Shown one piece after another: positions 18,910-29,428 of a DNA stretch of 64,000 bases. The position numbers and the translations under genes were made by a program. The notes under the pieces are model-generated. The model was not told the origin of the DNA. It did not search any database and saw nothing but the letters and a program-made list of their open reading frames with translations. Source of the stretch: Nitrospirota bacterium. Its GTDB lineage: Bacteria > Nitrospirota > UBA9217. The first letter of the stretch is position 1. Every line of letters starts with the position of its first letter. The stretch covers positions 576,001-640,000 of the forward strand of contig CAWIYV010000011.1 of assembly GCA_963840455.1 (NCBI GenBank), given 5' to 3'.

Positions 18910-19731
18910 TTGCTCATGGCCTTGACGGCATTCCTTCCACCTTCGAACCCTCATCAGCCGCAAGCCTCTATACGGAACATTCGCATGCACATGTCCGACC
19001 TCTTATCGACAGATCTTCCCGCGACCGACGCCGCGCCGCAGCCGATGTTCTGCGCGGCCATTGCCGGGTTCATCCGTTGCGCCTTCCGGCGCCCTGTCGC
19101 GGGACGGGTCCTCGCCGTCGCCGCGCTCATGGCCGCTGCGCATGCCCCTGGAACAGCCCGGGCAACGGAGCTGGCGTCCCTAAACTTTACGGTCGTTCAT
19201 CCGGCACAGCGTTGGTCCTCGGCGCCGCTCGTCCGGGAGACCTACGACACGTACAATGTCCACGGCACCAGCATTCCCGAGCTGTGCGCCTGCCTAAGCC
19301 GTAACGGCGTCCGGATGAATAACGGCGACATTTACGATGCCCTGACCAGCTGGGATGTGAAGTGGGAGTACGACTACGATCGCTCCCCTGGCGGATGCTC
19401 GGTGGATGACTTCCGCGCAGTCGTGGACGTGACCATCCGCTACCCCCGCTGGGTTTCGAACGATGACGCCCCTGCTCCGCTGGCAAATGCCTGGGACGCC
19501 TTTCTGCACAGCCTCATCCAGCATGAACAGGTCCACCGCGATATCGCTGTGGCAGCCGCCGACGGGCTGATCCGCGCCGCTACCGCGATCCCGCCTGCGG
19601 CCACCTGCGCTGACTTGGACCGGGCCGTGGAAGCCCTTGGCCGATCATTCATGAAGCAGCTCACGCTGGACCAGCATGCCTATGATGCTGAAACCAGCCA
19701 TGGCGCCATGCAGGGCGCCGTCCTTCCCTAG
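18910..19731 (+). CDS. DUF922-like secreted Zn-dependent peptidase (start probably further downstream)
   Basis: DALTSW, YPRW, HEQVH (HExxH), YDAETSHG. Confidence 0.75.
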   Translation: MLMALTAFLPPSNPHQPQASIRNIRMHMSDLLSTDLPATDAAPQPMFCAAIAGFIRCAFRRPVAGRVLAVAALMAAAHAPGTARATELASLNFTVVHPAQRWSSAPLVRETYDTYNVHGTSIPELCACLSRNGVRMNNGDIYDALTSWDVKWEYDYDRSPGGCSVDDFRAVVDVTIRYPRWVSNDDAPAPLANAWDAFLHSLIQHEQVHRDIAVAAADGLIRAATAIPPAATCADLDRAVEALGRSFMKQLTLDQHAYDAETSHGAMQGAVLP

Positions 19732-19876
19732 CACCCTTCAGCGCCTTACATCCACACCGATAGTTGTCACCATGAGCAAACAGAAAGAGCAGGCTGCTGT
19801 TTCGCCTGCTCTTCAAGCTGTGGTAACTTGCATGTTTTTCCGTCCTTCCCGGACGGTCATGGTGCACTGTGGTCCG

Positions 19877-20107
19877 CTACGGCAGACCAGAGCCAGGGCC
19901 GAAGAAGGACTCCCAGATGCGGGTGTGCTCATCGACCTCCTTTACCGCTCCTTTGCCTTCCGCTGCCAAGCCAAACGCTGCGACCTCCTTCTCATGGACG
20001 AGGTTCTCCTCATACATCGCAACGCCTACATCGACCGGCTTCTCCTCAGAGATGATCGTCGCCTTAATCGGCGTCGGTATCATCACTCTGCTTCTCCGGT
20101 CCCCCAC
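19877..20107 (-). CDS. Small hypothetical protein
   Basis: ORF with protein-like composition; no motif recognised. Confidence 0.35.
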   Translation of the reverse strand: MGDRRSRVMIPTPIKATIISEEKPVDVGVAMYEENLVHEKEVAAFGLAAEGKGAVKEVDEHTRIWESFFGPGSGLP

Positions 20108-20117
20108 GAACTATGCG

Positions 20118-20153
20118 AAAAAAAAGGCAGGCATCCCGTTGGATGCCGGCCTG
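20118..20153 (-). terminator. Intrinsic terminator
   Basis: ggcatcc...ggatgcc stem and T run downstream of the 20205 gene. Confidence 0.6.
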
Positions 20154-20204
20154 CGTTCTGGAATTGGCGGAGCTCCTGGATTCAGGGTCCGGGAAGGAGG
20201 TTGG

Positions 20205-21098
20205 TCAGAAAGCATAACTGAGCGTACCAACGTACCTCAGCGTGTCGTTAAAGCCTGCCTCATCGCGGTGGTAGAATTGCACACCAACACTGATGTTCGC
20301 ATGCTCCGTCACATATCGCAAGCCCGGCATAAGCCCTGTGGAATTCATTGCATTGACCGTGGGGATATTTTTCTTGACCACGGTCGTATACTCAAACATC
20401 GCCTGCAGTTTGCGGCTTTCCGTGAGCGGGAAGAGCAGTCCGGCGTTCACGACCCCATACTTTTCTGAATAACTCTTGCCATCTGTCCATGGAATCTTGT
20501 CCTTGTAACAGACCTGTCCTTCAAAATAGACGCCGATAAAGTAATCCCCGGGCATCTCCTTCTCGGCAGTGCCGATTACCATGAACCGCAGGCCCATATC
20601 CTCCACGTCGTTGTATCCCTTCGCGGCATCCCCGGTCGGGAACGTATACGCGATCCCGAGCGCTATGGCGGGCAAGGGGTCATTCTCGGACGAGATCCGC
20701 CACTTGACCAGGACATCGGTGTCACCGAAGCCGGTCTCCCGGGTCGTCGAACTGCCGAAGTTGGTCCCGATCGCCTGTGCGCGTATGCCGATCTCGATGC
20801 GATCCGTGATGCCCGCAGTGATCGTGGCGAAACCCTGTGCAATGCTGAAATTCGGATCGCTGCTGTTCTCGGCAATGGAGGCAAGACCCACGACGATGCG
20901 CCCCTTGGGCTGCGTATAGGCCGAGTTGGTAAAGATCAGCCCCGTGAGGCCCTGGATATTGGCCGGTCGGTTGATCACTGTGGAGGCATCGTCTTTCGGC
21001 ACTTCTCCGGAATCAAGGTAGCTGGACCCGGCCGCCGACTGACCGATCATGGTCAGCAGAATGATAACCCCGCCCACGATAGCACTCCGCATCGTCAT
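20205..21098 (-). CDS. Outer-membrane beta-barrel (YjbH / phenol-MetA-pathway-like transporter)
   Basis: Signal peptide, QGLTGLIFTNSAYT, GFGDT, FPTGD, C-terminal LSYAF. Confidence 0.7.
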   Translation of the reverse strand: MTMRSAIVGGVIILLTMIGQSAAGSSYLDSGEVPKDDASTVINRPANIQGLTGLIFTNSAYTQPKGRIVVGLASIAENSSDPNFSIAQGFATITAGITDRIEIGIRAQAIGTNFGSSTTRETGFGDTDVLVKWRISSENDPLPAIALGIAYTFPTGDAAKGYNDVEDMGLRFMVIGTAEKEMPGDYFIGVYFEGQVCYKDKIPWTDGKSYSEKYGVVNAGLLFPLTESRKLQAMFEYTTVVKKNIPTVNAMNSTGLMPGLRYVTEHANISVGVQFYHRDEAGFNDTLRYVGTLSYAF

Positions 21099-21593
21099 GT
21101 GATCCCACCTTCCTGCGGGCCGTCCTAGTGATGATCCCGCGTTCAGAAGTTCTCGCTCCGGCCGCTGTTCCGGCGGTCGGGCGGACAGAATAGGTCGGCG
21201 GTATCTGCCGCCAGTCACCGCGAGTGTACTAAAGACGCGATAAAGAGTCAATAAAAATGAAACAGCCGGGTCGGCAGGCCTCCGGACAGGATGGCAGCCG
21301 CTCTCCGGCATGTCACTCGGGGAGCAAGCACTTCAGGGGGCGGTCGGCAGAGTCCGTCTCCTTCGTTGCCTTTCCATTACACCGCTGCTCAAAACGCACT
21401 GGGTATCAGTGCCAGAGGCCAAGGGTCTGGAAGACGGACGTTAACGTATGGCATGGCGTCTCCGGAAAGGGCGAGGATGTGGACAGGAAAGTACATTAAG
21501 GGAACCGTCATGGTGTTGACAATATTACTGTTTGCAGAAAGGAGCAAGCGTGTTTTCCCATTTTCTGCTTCTGCGACATCCCGGTACCTGTGC

Positions 21594-21770
21594 AAAAAAA
21601 GCCGTCATCTCGTTAATGTCGGCCTGGTGAAACAAACTAGTGGAGGCGGCGTACTTTTAATAGTTTGTCCAATTCTTCAATATTAAATATTACGCGAGTA
21701 TTTTTTCGAGATATTATGACATACTCAAGATAGATACCCCCAAAAATGCTGGATGCTATTGGACAAAGCT
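21594..21770 (-). mobile_element. att-like junction A (degenerate tmRNA-3'-end core and conserved arm)
   Basis: tagtggaggcggcg at 21638-21651, then gtttgtccaa, gcgagtattttttcgaga and tagatacccc...aaatgctggatgct, shared with the 42819 copy. Confidence 0.75.
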
Positions 21771-21800
21771 GGCCGAACTGTACTGCGTCTGCCGGAAGAT

Positions 21801-22070
21801 CTATTTCGGGACTTTCTCCAGGTCAGCGGCAATCGCATCGGGGTCATACTCGCAAGGGCCAGATAAGTACCCTCTCTCCTTGCAGTATCGGACCATCTTA
21901 TCAATCACATCCTTGAAGTCCTCTTTCAAGGTCATAAGTTCGCCTGTTCCTTCGCAGCCTTTCTTACGATTCTTTGCGAGAATATAGACCTGTGCGAACT
22001 CCCTGGCTTCGTCCACCAACGCTGCAAGGCGACCGTCCGATTTTGATGCTGCTAAGATATCACTTATCAT
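21801..22070 (-). CDS. Small hypothetical protein
   Basis: AGGAG RBS, follows the FmdE gene in the same orientation, three Cys. Confidence 0.6.
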   Translation of the reverse strand: MISDILAASKSDGRLAALVDEAREFAQVYILAKNRKKGCEGTGELMTLKEDFKDVIDKMVRYCKERGYLSGPCEYDPDAIAADLEKVPK

Positions 22071-22089
22071 AGAATAAGCTCTCCTTCTA

Positions 22090-22833
22090 TCACTTCACTG
22101 GCGTATTCTTGTAATCGTTGTCCTTCCTTTTGCCCAGGTCCTTGCACGATGGCTCTGGCCATTTATAGTCCTTCATTTCGTCGATGATAAAAGATTCCTT
22201 GAGCGGTTTGTTGACCATGCGTTTCGCATAGGCCCACTGGAGTTCCTGAAATAGGTCAATGTCTTTCGGCTCGAATTCGCCGGACTCGATCTTCTTCATC
22301 TGCGTTTTGACCTCTTTAGGATAGACCGCTGGATTGAGCTTCACATGCACGGTCCTGCCTGTTGAAACCTGCTGTACGAGGAACTCGCTTTCGGTCAGAG
22401 AGTTATCGATCACATGGGAATTGAACCGCGCCCGGCTGCCGGTGAGATACGCAGCCACGTCCCCGCCGCAGGCTGAGTTGTTCGAGACGATCCTGAGGTC
22501 TGTGCGGTCAACAACCTTGTCCGGGAAGAGAAGATCAAAGGCAACTCGAAGCGAGGCCGCGCTTTCTACGAGCCCGCCGCAGAAATGACCGTGGAACTTG
22601 ATCAGGTCTTTGATCGTGATGGTCTTGGTCTGCCTGGCATATCTGCCGTACTTGTTCTCCGCGTCCCGGACCTCAAAGAACGGAGCATATGGCGCGGCAC
22701 CAAGCCATTCGGGGAAATACCATTCCCCGGCGACATCCGGTCCAGGAGAACCTGTTTTAGGCATGGGTTCCAGCGCTAATGCCAGCGACGCAAGCAGGAG
22801 GAAAGGCAAAACCGATAGTATTATGGTTTTCAC
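22090..22833 (-). CDS. Secreted FmdE-family protein
   Basis: GTG start after GGAGG, signal peptide, KFHGHFCGGL and SACGGD motifs. Confidence 0.8.
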   Translation of the reverse strand: MKTIILSVLPFLLLASLALALEPMPKTGSPGPDVAGEWYFPEWLGAAPYAPFFEVRDAENKYGRYARQTKTITIKDLIKFHGHFCGGLVESAASLRVAFDLLFPDKVVDRTDLRIVSNNSACGGDVAAYLTGSRARFNSHVIDNSLTESEFLVQQVSTGRTVHVKLNPAVYPKEVKTQMKKIESGEFEPKDIDLFQELQWAYAKRMVNKPLKESFIIDEMKDYKWPEPSCKDLGKRKDNDYKNTPVK

Positions 22834-22923
22834 AATCTGTCCTCCGTAAAAAGTCGGCCCCAACTCAGAACTGGGCACCCGTACCCATTTCTATTTTCCC
22901 TTTTCGGTTTTTTCTCGTCGTAG

Positions 22924-24231
22924 TTAAAAATAGTACCTAGCCCTCATCTCTATGCGATAGTCGTATGGCTTCTCGCCGAATTCGCTCAGCGGGTCTCCGG
23001 CCAGAATAGTCCCCTTGAGACGAAGTTCAAGGTTCGTGATGCCCGTGTAGGCGATCTCCGGTGAGAGCTGGTAGCTTCGGTCTTCGGCGTTCACGATCGC
23101 TGTCAACGCGGGCGTCCAATAGAGTATGTCGAAGGGGTCTTTCTGGCTCACACGCAAATAGAGATACTGCTGCCCGGTGTTCGGTCTGCCGTAGTTCTTG
23201 TCGGTCACTGCAGTCGCCTTCTGAAGAAGCGCGTCGTTTCCCGTTGAAACATAGGAATCATACGCATTGTGCACGAAGGTATAGTAATCCCGGGTCTCCT
23301 GTTCGGTGAAGCCGGTCCCGTTCCGATAGTATTCGACGATATAGGTCGTGTCCTTTTCCGTGAGATACCGGAGCCCGAGGAGCCAGCTCGTAGCGTCATA
23401 CACGGTCTGATGCGTTGTCCCGTCAACGGTGATGAAGCTCCGCGTGAAGTCGTTGATGCGGGCGACTTCTCCGTGGACTTCAAGGTTCGTCGTGATGTTC
23501 CGGGAGAAGTCCATACCCATGCGCGACGTTTTGCTCGCGCCCGTGAGGAACAGGAAGTCGATGTCCGTGTCGTAAAGCAGGAGATAGACCCTACCTGCAG
23601 TGTTCAGGTGGCTCGCTGTTCCAAAATCGTCGTTCACGTGCTCCGAGACCGGTATGAGCACGGGTGTGATGGAAAGCGTCTTGAGCGGCCCGTTGAAGCT
23701 CTTGATGTAATCCGCAGAGGCGACGACGAACCCTTCGAGGTTCAGGTCCGGCTCGTCCGGGTTCTTCGGCCTGTCCACGAATGCCACGGGGTTCCAAGCA
23801 TAGCCTTTGCCCCATTTAAGGGTCTTCTTGCCCGCGTCGATCGTGAGCGATGGCGCAGGCTTAACGGAAAGGAAGGCTTCGAACACGGTCGTCGTGGATG
23901 TCGCTCCGAGATAGGAATCCTGATAAGCGGTGTTTGTTCTCGCGAAGAACTTTGTCATGCCCATTTCAAGACCGCCTTCGAGCTGAAGAGCGGCGTTGTA
24001 TTCCGGCAGGGTATTTCCTTCGTCTCGGTTATAGAACCGGAGCTGATACAGGGCAGCGTCCCGGTCGAGTCCGTACAGGATCGGTCTGAGTTCCGCGTAG
24101 CCGCCGAGATAGTACGGTTTTTTTTCTACTTCCGAGGGGTCAAAGGAGTATTCTTCCGCGTAAAGGACGCCGGCTTGCAGAACCGTCCCGAGAACAATAA
24201 GCAGTATGGTATGCTTTCGAATGAATTTCAT
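22924..24231 (-). CDS. Outer-membrane beta-barrel protein associated with a LolCDE-like ABC system
   Basis: Signal peptide, AGKKTLKWGKGYAWNP, C-terminal RARYYF. Confidence 0.75.
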   Translation of the reverse strand: MKFIRKHTILLIVLGTVLQAGVLYAEEYSFDPSEVEKKPYYLGGYAELRPILYGLDRDAALYQLRFYNRDEGNTLPEYNAALQLEGGLEMGMTKFFARTNTAYQDSYLGATSTTTVFEAFLSVKPAPSLTIDAGKKTLKWGKGYAWNPVAFVDRPKNPDEPDLNLEGFVVASADYIKSFNGPLKTLSITPVLIPVSEHVNDDFGTASHLNTAGRVYLLLYDTDIDFLFLTGASKTSRMGMDFSRNITTNLEVHGEVARINDFTRSFITVDGTTHQTVYDATSWLLGLRYLTEKDTTYIVEYYRNGTGFTEQETRDYYTFVHNAYDSYVSTGNDALLQKATAVTDKNYGRPNTGQQYLYLRVSQKDPFDILYWTPALTAIVNAEDRSYQLSPEIAYTGITNLELRLKGTILAGDPLSEFGEKPYDYRIEMRARYYF

Positions 24232-24272
24232 GTAGGCATGATCTATATTCGGCGTATGATCCGCTTTTCGTC

Positions 24273-24998
24273 CTACCGCAGCGATTCGATATTCGGCATG
24301 AAGGTCAATGTGAATACTTCGTCCTTGAAGTTTCGCGCCTTGATCTTTGCCAATATCATTATCGATTTGTAGTTCTTATAGAGCGGGCTGTCGGTCTCGA
24401 TGACCGCAGGCCTCACTATGCCGCCAAAGTCCCTCACGTCCTTGAAGTAAAGCGTCTTGATCAGCATACCCGCTTCCGTCAGGCATTCGATCTTCGTCGG
24501 GAGTTTTCTTTCCTTCTCGGCCCAGAGTCTTATTCGGTCATAGGCTACGGTCTTTGTCTTTGCCTTGAGATGAAGAAGGTATTCGTTCCCCTGCTCCTCC
24601 ACCTTCTCGACAGTATACTCTGCCGTGTAGTCGAGCTGCAGGATGTCGGCGTTATTGAACACACCGCCCACTACGGACTGGAGGCTCGTGATCCGGATGG
24701 GCTTGCCCACGTTCGGGATATAAAACCACATATTGTCCCCGACCCGCAGGGTGCTCCGGCCCTTTTCGCTGGCAGGCGCGATAAAGAGCGACGCGACCTT
24801 GTCCACGCCCTTCTTGACAGTGAAAAGAGTGAATTCCTTCTTCCGCCCATCAGGCTCGATGTTGATGAGCTTTCGGTAGGATTCGTAGGACTCGGGATTC
24901 AGGTTCCTGTCCACTTGCCTGAGAAGCTCCGTACCATCAACGGCGTAGGCAGGAACGGAGAACAGCGTTGTTACGATGACAATCAGTATTTTCAACAT
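24273..24998 (-). CDS. Outer-membrane lipoprotein-sorting (LolA-like) protein
   Basis: Signal peptide; FIAPASEKG...LRVGDNMWFYIP...GGVFNNADI. Confidence 0.85.
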   Translation of the reverse strand: MLKILIVIVTTLFSVPAYAVDGTELLRQVDRNLNPESYESYRKLINIEPDGRKKEFTLFTVKKGVDKVASLFIAPASEKGRSTLRVGDNMWFYIPNVGKPIRITSLQSVVGGVFNNADILQLDYTAEYTVEKVEEQGNEYLLHLKAKTKTVAYDRIRLWAEKERKLPTKIECLTEAGMLIKTLYFKDVRDFGGIVRPAVIETDSPLYKNYKSIMILAKIKARNFKDEVFTLTFMPNIESLR

Positions 24999-25008
24999 GG
25001 CATTTCTC

Positions 25009-26247
25009 CTATACATGCCTTAATGCCTCGATGGGCTCCATCCGTGACGCCTTGAATGCCGGCTGGAGGCTGGCGATCACCGAAACGATTATTACCGTCA
25101 GCGATATAATGAAAATATCGGCCGGCTTTATGGTTGCCTGCAGGACCAGACCCTGTTGCATTCCGAAATTAAAGGTAATCCTGGACATGTTGATGATGGA
25201 GACTAACGCTATTCCGACAATATTGCCGATGATTGCGCCCACAATGCCGAGACAGAACCCCTCGATCACAAACATGCTAAGGATCTTTCCCGGCAGTGTC
25301 CCGATAGCTGCGATCGTGCCGATCTCCCGTATCCGCTCGTAGACGGCCATGATCATGACGTTCATGATGCTGATCAGGACAATGGCGATGAGCATAAGTT
25401 TGATAAAGAACGTCATCACGTCGATCATGCGCGCGATGTTGTAGAATGGCGAGAGCTGCTCCCAGGTATGAACCTCAAAGATCGGCTTGCCCTCTTTGTT
25501 CAACTCCTGCGCGAGCAGCGCCACGAGCGTTGATGTGAAGCCGTGAAGCCCATCGAACTTTTTCAGCCGGATGGCGAATTCGCTCACCTCCGGCTCTTCC
25601 ATGCGCAGAACCTCCACGGCATCGTCGAAGTGGATGTAGCCGTCCCGGCCGCCGGGGCCCGTCACGCTCTGGAGGATGCCGCCGACCTTGAACTGCTTGC
25701 CGTTCACGGAGCCGTCCTTGTTCGTGGCCACGATGACCACCACATCTCCGACCTTCACCTTCATGCCCTTGGCAAGAAGTTCGGGAATAAGGATCTCTCC
25801 GCGTTTGATCTCCTTTGCACCGTCAATGATCCGCGAGGTCAGCAGCGGTGTGGTAGCGAACTCTTTTTCGGGGATGACGCCGTTCAGCCGGATGTTAGTT
25901 GTCTCCGCGAAGTTGCTGAACATGCCGCCGAACTTGATGCGTGGCGACCAGGCAGCGATCTCGGGACGGTCATTCAGGACCGCCTCAACCCGTTTTACGG
26001 CGCCTGCCTTCATGTTCAGGTTCAGCGGCAGGTTGTCGATGGATGCGACGTAGCCCTTGCGGTGTACCTGCAGATGGCCGAGCATGGAGTCGGTGATCTG
26101 GCCGATCATCATGTTCTTGAAGGAACCCGACACGGACATGAACACGAGCACAAAGACCACGCCGATGGTGATGAGCGAGGCGGTGAGCAACGTCCTTCTT
26201 TTGTACCGCAGAAGGTTCCTGACGGCTATTTTGAAGAGATTACCCAT
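25009..26247 (-). CDS. ABC transporter permease, FtsX/LolE/MacB type
   Basis: AVRNLLRYKRRT, ERIREIGTIAAIG, PAFKASRMEPIEALR. Confidence 0.93.
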   Translation of the reverse strand: MGNLFKIAVRNLLRYKRRTLLTASLITIGVVFVLVFMSVSGSFKNMMIGQITDSMLGHLQVHRKGYVASIDNLPLNLNMKAGAVKRVEAVLNDRPEIAAWSPRIKFGGMFSNFAETTNIRLNGVIPEKEFATTPLLTSRIIDGAKEIKRGEILIPELLAKGMKVKVGDVVVIVATNKDGSVNGKQFKVGGILQSVTGPGGRDGYIHFDDAVEVLRMEEPEVSEFAIRLKKFDGLHGFTSTLVALLAQELNKEGKPIFEVHTWEQLSPFYNIARMIDVMTFFIKLMLIAIVLISIMNVMIMAVYERIREIGTIAAIGTLPGKILSMFVIEGFCLGIVGAIIGNIVGIALVSIINMSRITFNFGMQQGLVLQATIKPADIFIISLTVIIVSVIASLQPAFKASRMEPIEALRHV

Positions 26248-26944
26248 TATTCTTCCCTCCCTGTACCCGCTTGTCCTTCAGCTCGCCGTCTTCAAGTGAG
26301 TAGATGATCTCTGCCTCTCCCACGATCTTTTGGTCATGGGTCGAGAAGATGAACGTCGTCCTGAACTCGTCCCGCATCTTTTTCATCAGATCGATGACCA
26401 TATACGCTGTTTTATGGTCCAGGTTGGCCGTGGGCTCGTCTGCAAGCACGAGTTTCGGGTTCGTAACCAGCGCCCGTGCCACGGCCACCCGCTGTTTCTG
26501 ACCGCCCGATATCTGGTCCGGGTATTTATCCTTCTGTTCGCTCATACCTACGGCAGCTAAAAGGGCCGCGACCCTCTTTTTCCGTTCCTCCATCGGTGTG
26601 TTCTGGACCATCAGGAGCGGGTACTCAATGTTCTCATACACTGTAAGCACCGGGATGAGATTGAAGTCCTGAAATATGAAGCCGATGTTGTTTCCCCGAA
26701 ATGCCGCGCTCTTCTTTCGGTCAAGGGCCGCGGTGTCAGTATCAGCGACGGTGAGCTTACCGCCTGTGGGCCTGTCGAGACAGCCGATCAAGTTCAGAAG
26801 CGTGGTTTTTCCGCTTCCCGACGGACCCACGAAGGAGACGAAGGAAGCGGGCTCGATCTCGAAGTTGATCTCCTTGAGCGCCGCGATGCTTACCTCGCCC
26901 GTCTGATAATCTTTCCGAATGTTTTGCGCCGTTATAAGCCCCAT
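26240..26944 (-). CDS. ABC transporter ATP-binding protein, LolD-like
   Basis: GPSGSGKT, ISGGQKQRVAVARAL, LADEPTANLD, H-loop. Confidence 0.95.
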   Translation of the reverse strand: MGLITAQNIRKDYQTGEVSIAALKEINFEIEPASFVSFVGPSGSGKTTLLNLIGCLDRPTGGKLTVADTDTAALDRKKSAAFRGNNIGFIFQDFNLIPVLTVYENIEYPLLMVQNTPMEERKKRVAALLAAVGMSEQKDKYPDQISGGQKQRVAVARALVTNPKLVLADEPTANLDHKTAYMVIDLMKKMRDEFRTTFIFSTHDQKIVGEAEIIYSLEDGELKDKRVQGGKNNG

Positions 26945-27007
26945 GTTGTTTCTCCTTGTTTAGACAACAGCCCCGCCCCGGCTCAGAACGGGGCCGCTAT
27001 CACTATT

Positions 27008-27463
27008 TTATTTTCTCCAGCCTGCCCATGCGGGAATTCCGTTGCTATCCCTTAGAACGAGTGTGCTGTCGCCCTTCTTTACTTCGGCGGCAATTATAGC
27101 GGGCTTACCTATGAACGTCACTCGCGAACCCTTCACCTCGATCTTATCGCCTTTTTCGATCTTGGTATCGAGCCGCTCAATGTACCATTCCGGACCGAGG
27201 TGTACCGAGACCGTTTCCTTGTCCGTTTTGAGCATGACGTGGACGCCGGAGTTCATGCCCTTCATCGGCGTCACCTTGTCCACCGCCTCGACCGAGCCTG
27301 ACAGGGTCTCCACCGTCGCTGGGTTGTACATTCTGTTATATTGCGATCCCATGCCCCAGCCGCCGCTCCCGCGCCAGCCCTTCCAGGGGCCTGCGAAGAC
27401 GGTTGAGACCGTGAACAGCAATGATACCGCAACTATTACGCTTATAATATTTGTTCTTTTCAT
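27008..27463 (-). CDS. Secreted OB-fold protein (MamS/MamX-like domain)
   Basis: Signal peptide; YNPATVETLSG...VHLGPEWY...GDKIEVKGSRV...LRDSNGIPAW. Confidence 0.7.
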   Translation of the reverse strand: MKRTNIISVIVAVSLLFTVSTVFAGPWKGWRGSGGWGMGSQYNRMYNPATVETLSGSVEAVDKVTPMKGMNSGVHVMLKTDKETVSVHLGPEWYIERLDTKIEKGDKIEVKGSRVTFIGKPAIIAAEVKKGDSTLVLRDSNGIPAWAGWRK

Positions 27464-27675
27464 TGTTCCCTCCTTTGGGCCGGTTTTTAGTGTGATGTTC
27501 GATCTTTTAATCATGTCAACTTCCTCGTGCGAAACCGAGTCAGCTCAAGCACCGCTGCTTCGGGGTCACTTCCATCCATTGAATTGATCTCCGCCTGTGC
27601 AGTGTCGGAAATATCACCTGCTATTTTGACACGCGCAGGTTTGTTTAGTTACTTTTCCCGTGCCGAGGCCGTTTT

Positions 27676-27870
27676 TCAGCATCCTAACGTTATCTTTTGA
27701 ACAAACGTGTGCGGTAGAGCAGCGAGAGCGAAGGCGTCGGTCAGCACATGCCCGTCGTCGCTCAGCAGGGATAAGCTGTGGCTCATGATCCCGCCGACTA
27801 CTTCCGCGACAAAAATGAATATCGTTACCAGTAGGCTGAGGATAAGTCTTCTCTGCGATTTATCGTCCAT
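27676..27870 (-). pseudogene. Truncated CDF (CzcD-like) transporter
   Basis: EVVGGIMSHSLSLLSDDGHVLTD matches CDF TM1-2, then similarity ends. Confidence 0.75.
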
Positions 27871-27918
27871 GGTTTCCTTTCACGTTTGGGTGCAAAATTT
27901 GCCGTTCCGTGGTTAAAT

Positions 27919-28671
27919 TCACAAAAGCCCCCACGCCATCTTCGCTGCAATGGCATAAAGTACTACTCCTATGATCTTCTTTACCTGATTCGCGTCGAGT
28001 TTTTTGTGCATGAGCCATGATCCCAGAATCGCTCCCGCGATCGAGCCGACCGCGGCGAATGTCAGCAGGTTCCAATTTACCGCTCCTGTGGCAGCATGGC
28101 CGAAAAAGCCCGAAAGTGACGAGAAGACGACGATAAAGGCCGTGGTGGCCGAAGCCTTCTTGGGATCAATGCCGAGCCAGATGAGAGCTGGAACGATGAA
28201 GTTCCCGCCGCCCACTCCCAAAAGACCGCCGAGATAGCCGGCGCCTATGCCAAGGCCGATGCCGGTCTTGAGTTCCTTCCCGCCACCCCCCTGAACTTCG
28301 GCTTTTTTCTTCGGCTTATAAAACAACATCATCGACGCCGCAAAGACCAGAAAGAGCACGAATAGCACAATGAGCACATTCTTCGGAAAGTACCGCGTTG
28401 AATACGCGCCCAGGGGAGAAAAGAACACGGCAAGAACAATGATCGGAATGGCCGTCCTGAACAGGACCAGGCTATAGCGGATATAGTTGGCCGACGCGAA
28501 GGTCATACTGATGGCGTTTAAGAGCAGGCCAATGGCCATGGCCTCTGTAAGGGGTACGCCGAGCCAGTAGAACGTCGGGATGACGATGAATGCCGAGCCT
28601 ACACCCGCGATAGTCAGGACCGTGGTAAAGACGAATACGATGCCAGCAGCGGCAATATTGATGACAGGCAC
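27919..28671 (-). CDS. TauE/SafE (TSUP) family exporter
   Basis: AGVGSAFIVIP, GLLGVGGGNFIVP, KKASATT; about eight TM segments. Confidence 0.9.
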   Translation of the reverse strand: MPVINIAAAGIVFVFTTVLTIAGVGSAFIVIPTFYWLGVPLTEAMAIGLLLNAISMTFASANYIRYSLVLFRTAIPIIVLAVFFSPLGAYSTRYFPKNVLIVLFVLFLVFAASMMLFYKPKKKAEVQGGGGKELKTGIGLGIGAGYLGGLLGVGGGNFIVPALIWLGIDPKKASATTAFIVVFSSLSGFFGHAATGAVNWNLLTFAAVGSIAGAILGSWLMHKKLDANQVKKIIGVVLYAIAAKMAWGLL

Positions 28672-28788
28672 AATATGCCTCCTTTCAGGGAACAACGCTT
28701 CCGGCAAAACAGCCCCCGTCCCCTCCCCCGTTTCAGGAGGAGAGAACAGGGATTGTCAGTATGGACCGGATTGCGTCTGTGTCCGCCG

Positions 28789-29394
28789 CTATTTCTCGTA
28801 TCCTGAGCAGGGAATGCAGACGATCTTGCCTGACTTGACGCGGGTATTCCTCTCCACGACCATCTCGCCGCACTGGGAGCAGGCCATGGTCTCGAAGGTA
28901 TGGGGCACGTCCTTCCAGGGATGGTTCTTGATCTCGCCTACGTTGTACAGCATCTCGGCCGGTGCGGTGGTCACACCCTCGAACAACGGGGCCACGACCT
29001 CGGGCGGCACCTGCGAGGCCGGGATGCCGGAGCTGCGCATCTCCATGAACTTGGAACCCTTGTTCTTGGCCATCACTTCGGCCTTGGGCACCACGCGCAC
29101 GGAGCGGCTTGTCTTCTTGTCGATCAGTGTCAGACCCCATTTGCCGTAGCCGGTCCGGGTGATGTTTCCCTTGCCGTAGGTGCAGCCTGTGGCAACCTGC
29201 ACGCCGTCTGCGAAACAGGTTGCACAGTGATTTTCATCCAGCTCTACGATCGCCATAAGCTGGCCGTCCGGCGCTTTCGATACGCCGAGCTTCTCCATTG
29301 CGGTGAGTCCTGCCCGAAGCCCCATGGGCATGGCCGGGCACTTGTGGCCATGGAACTTAAGGCCCATTTCCAACAGTTCTTTGAAATCCTGCAT
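28789..29394 (-). CDS. Cytoplasmic FmdE-family protein with C-terminal C4 Zn finger
   Basis: FHGHKCPAMPMG, CFADGVQVATGCTYGKGN, CSQCGE...CIPC. Confidence 0.9.
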   Translation of the reverse strand: MQDFKELLEMGLKFHGHKCPAMPMGLRAGLTAMEKLGVSKAPDGQLMAIVELDENHCATCFADGVQVATGCTYGKGNITRTGYGKWGLTLIDKKTSRSVRVVPKAEVMAKNKGSKFMEMRSSGIPASQVPPEVVAPLFEGVTTAPAEMLYNVGEIKNHPWKDVPHTFETMACSQCGEMVVERNTRVKSGKIVCIPCSGYEK

Positions 29395-29428
29395 GATAGT
29401 CCTCCGTTAGTTAGTGTGTGACTGACAT

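Noticed and set aside
27008-27463. Magnetosome gene cluster
   Set aside because: Only one MamS/MamX-like OB-fold protein; no mamA/B/E/K/M/Q-like genes recognised, and the nearby CDF gene is a fragment
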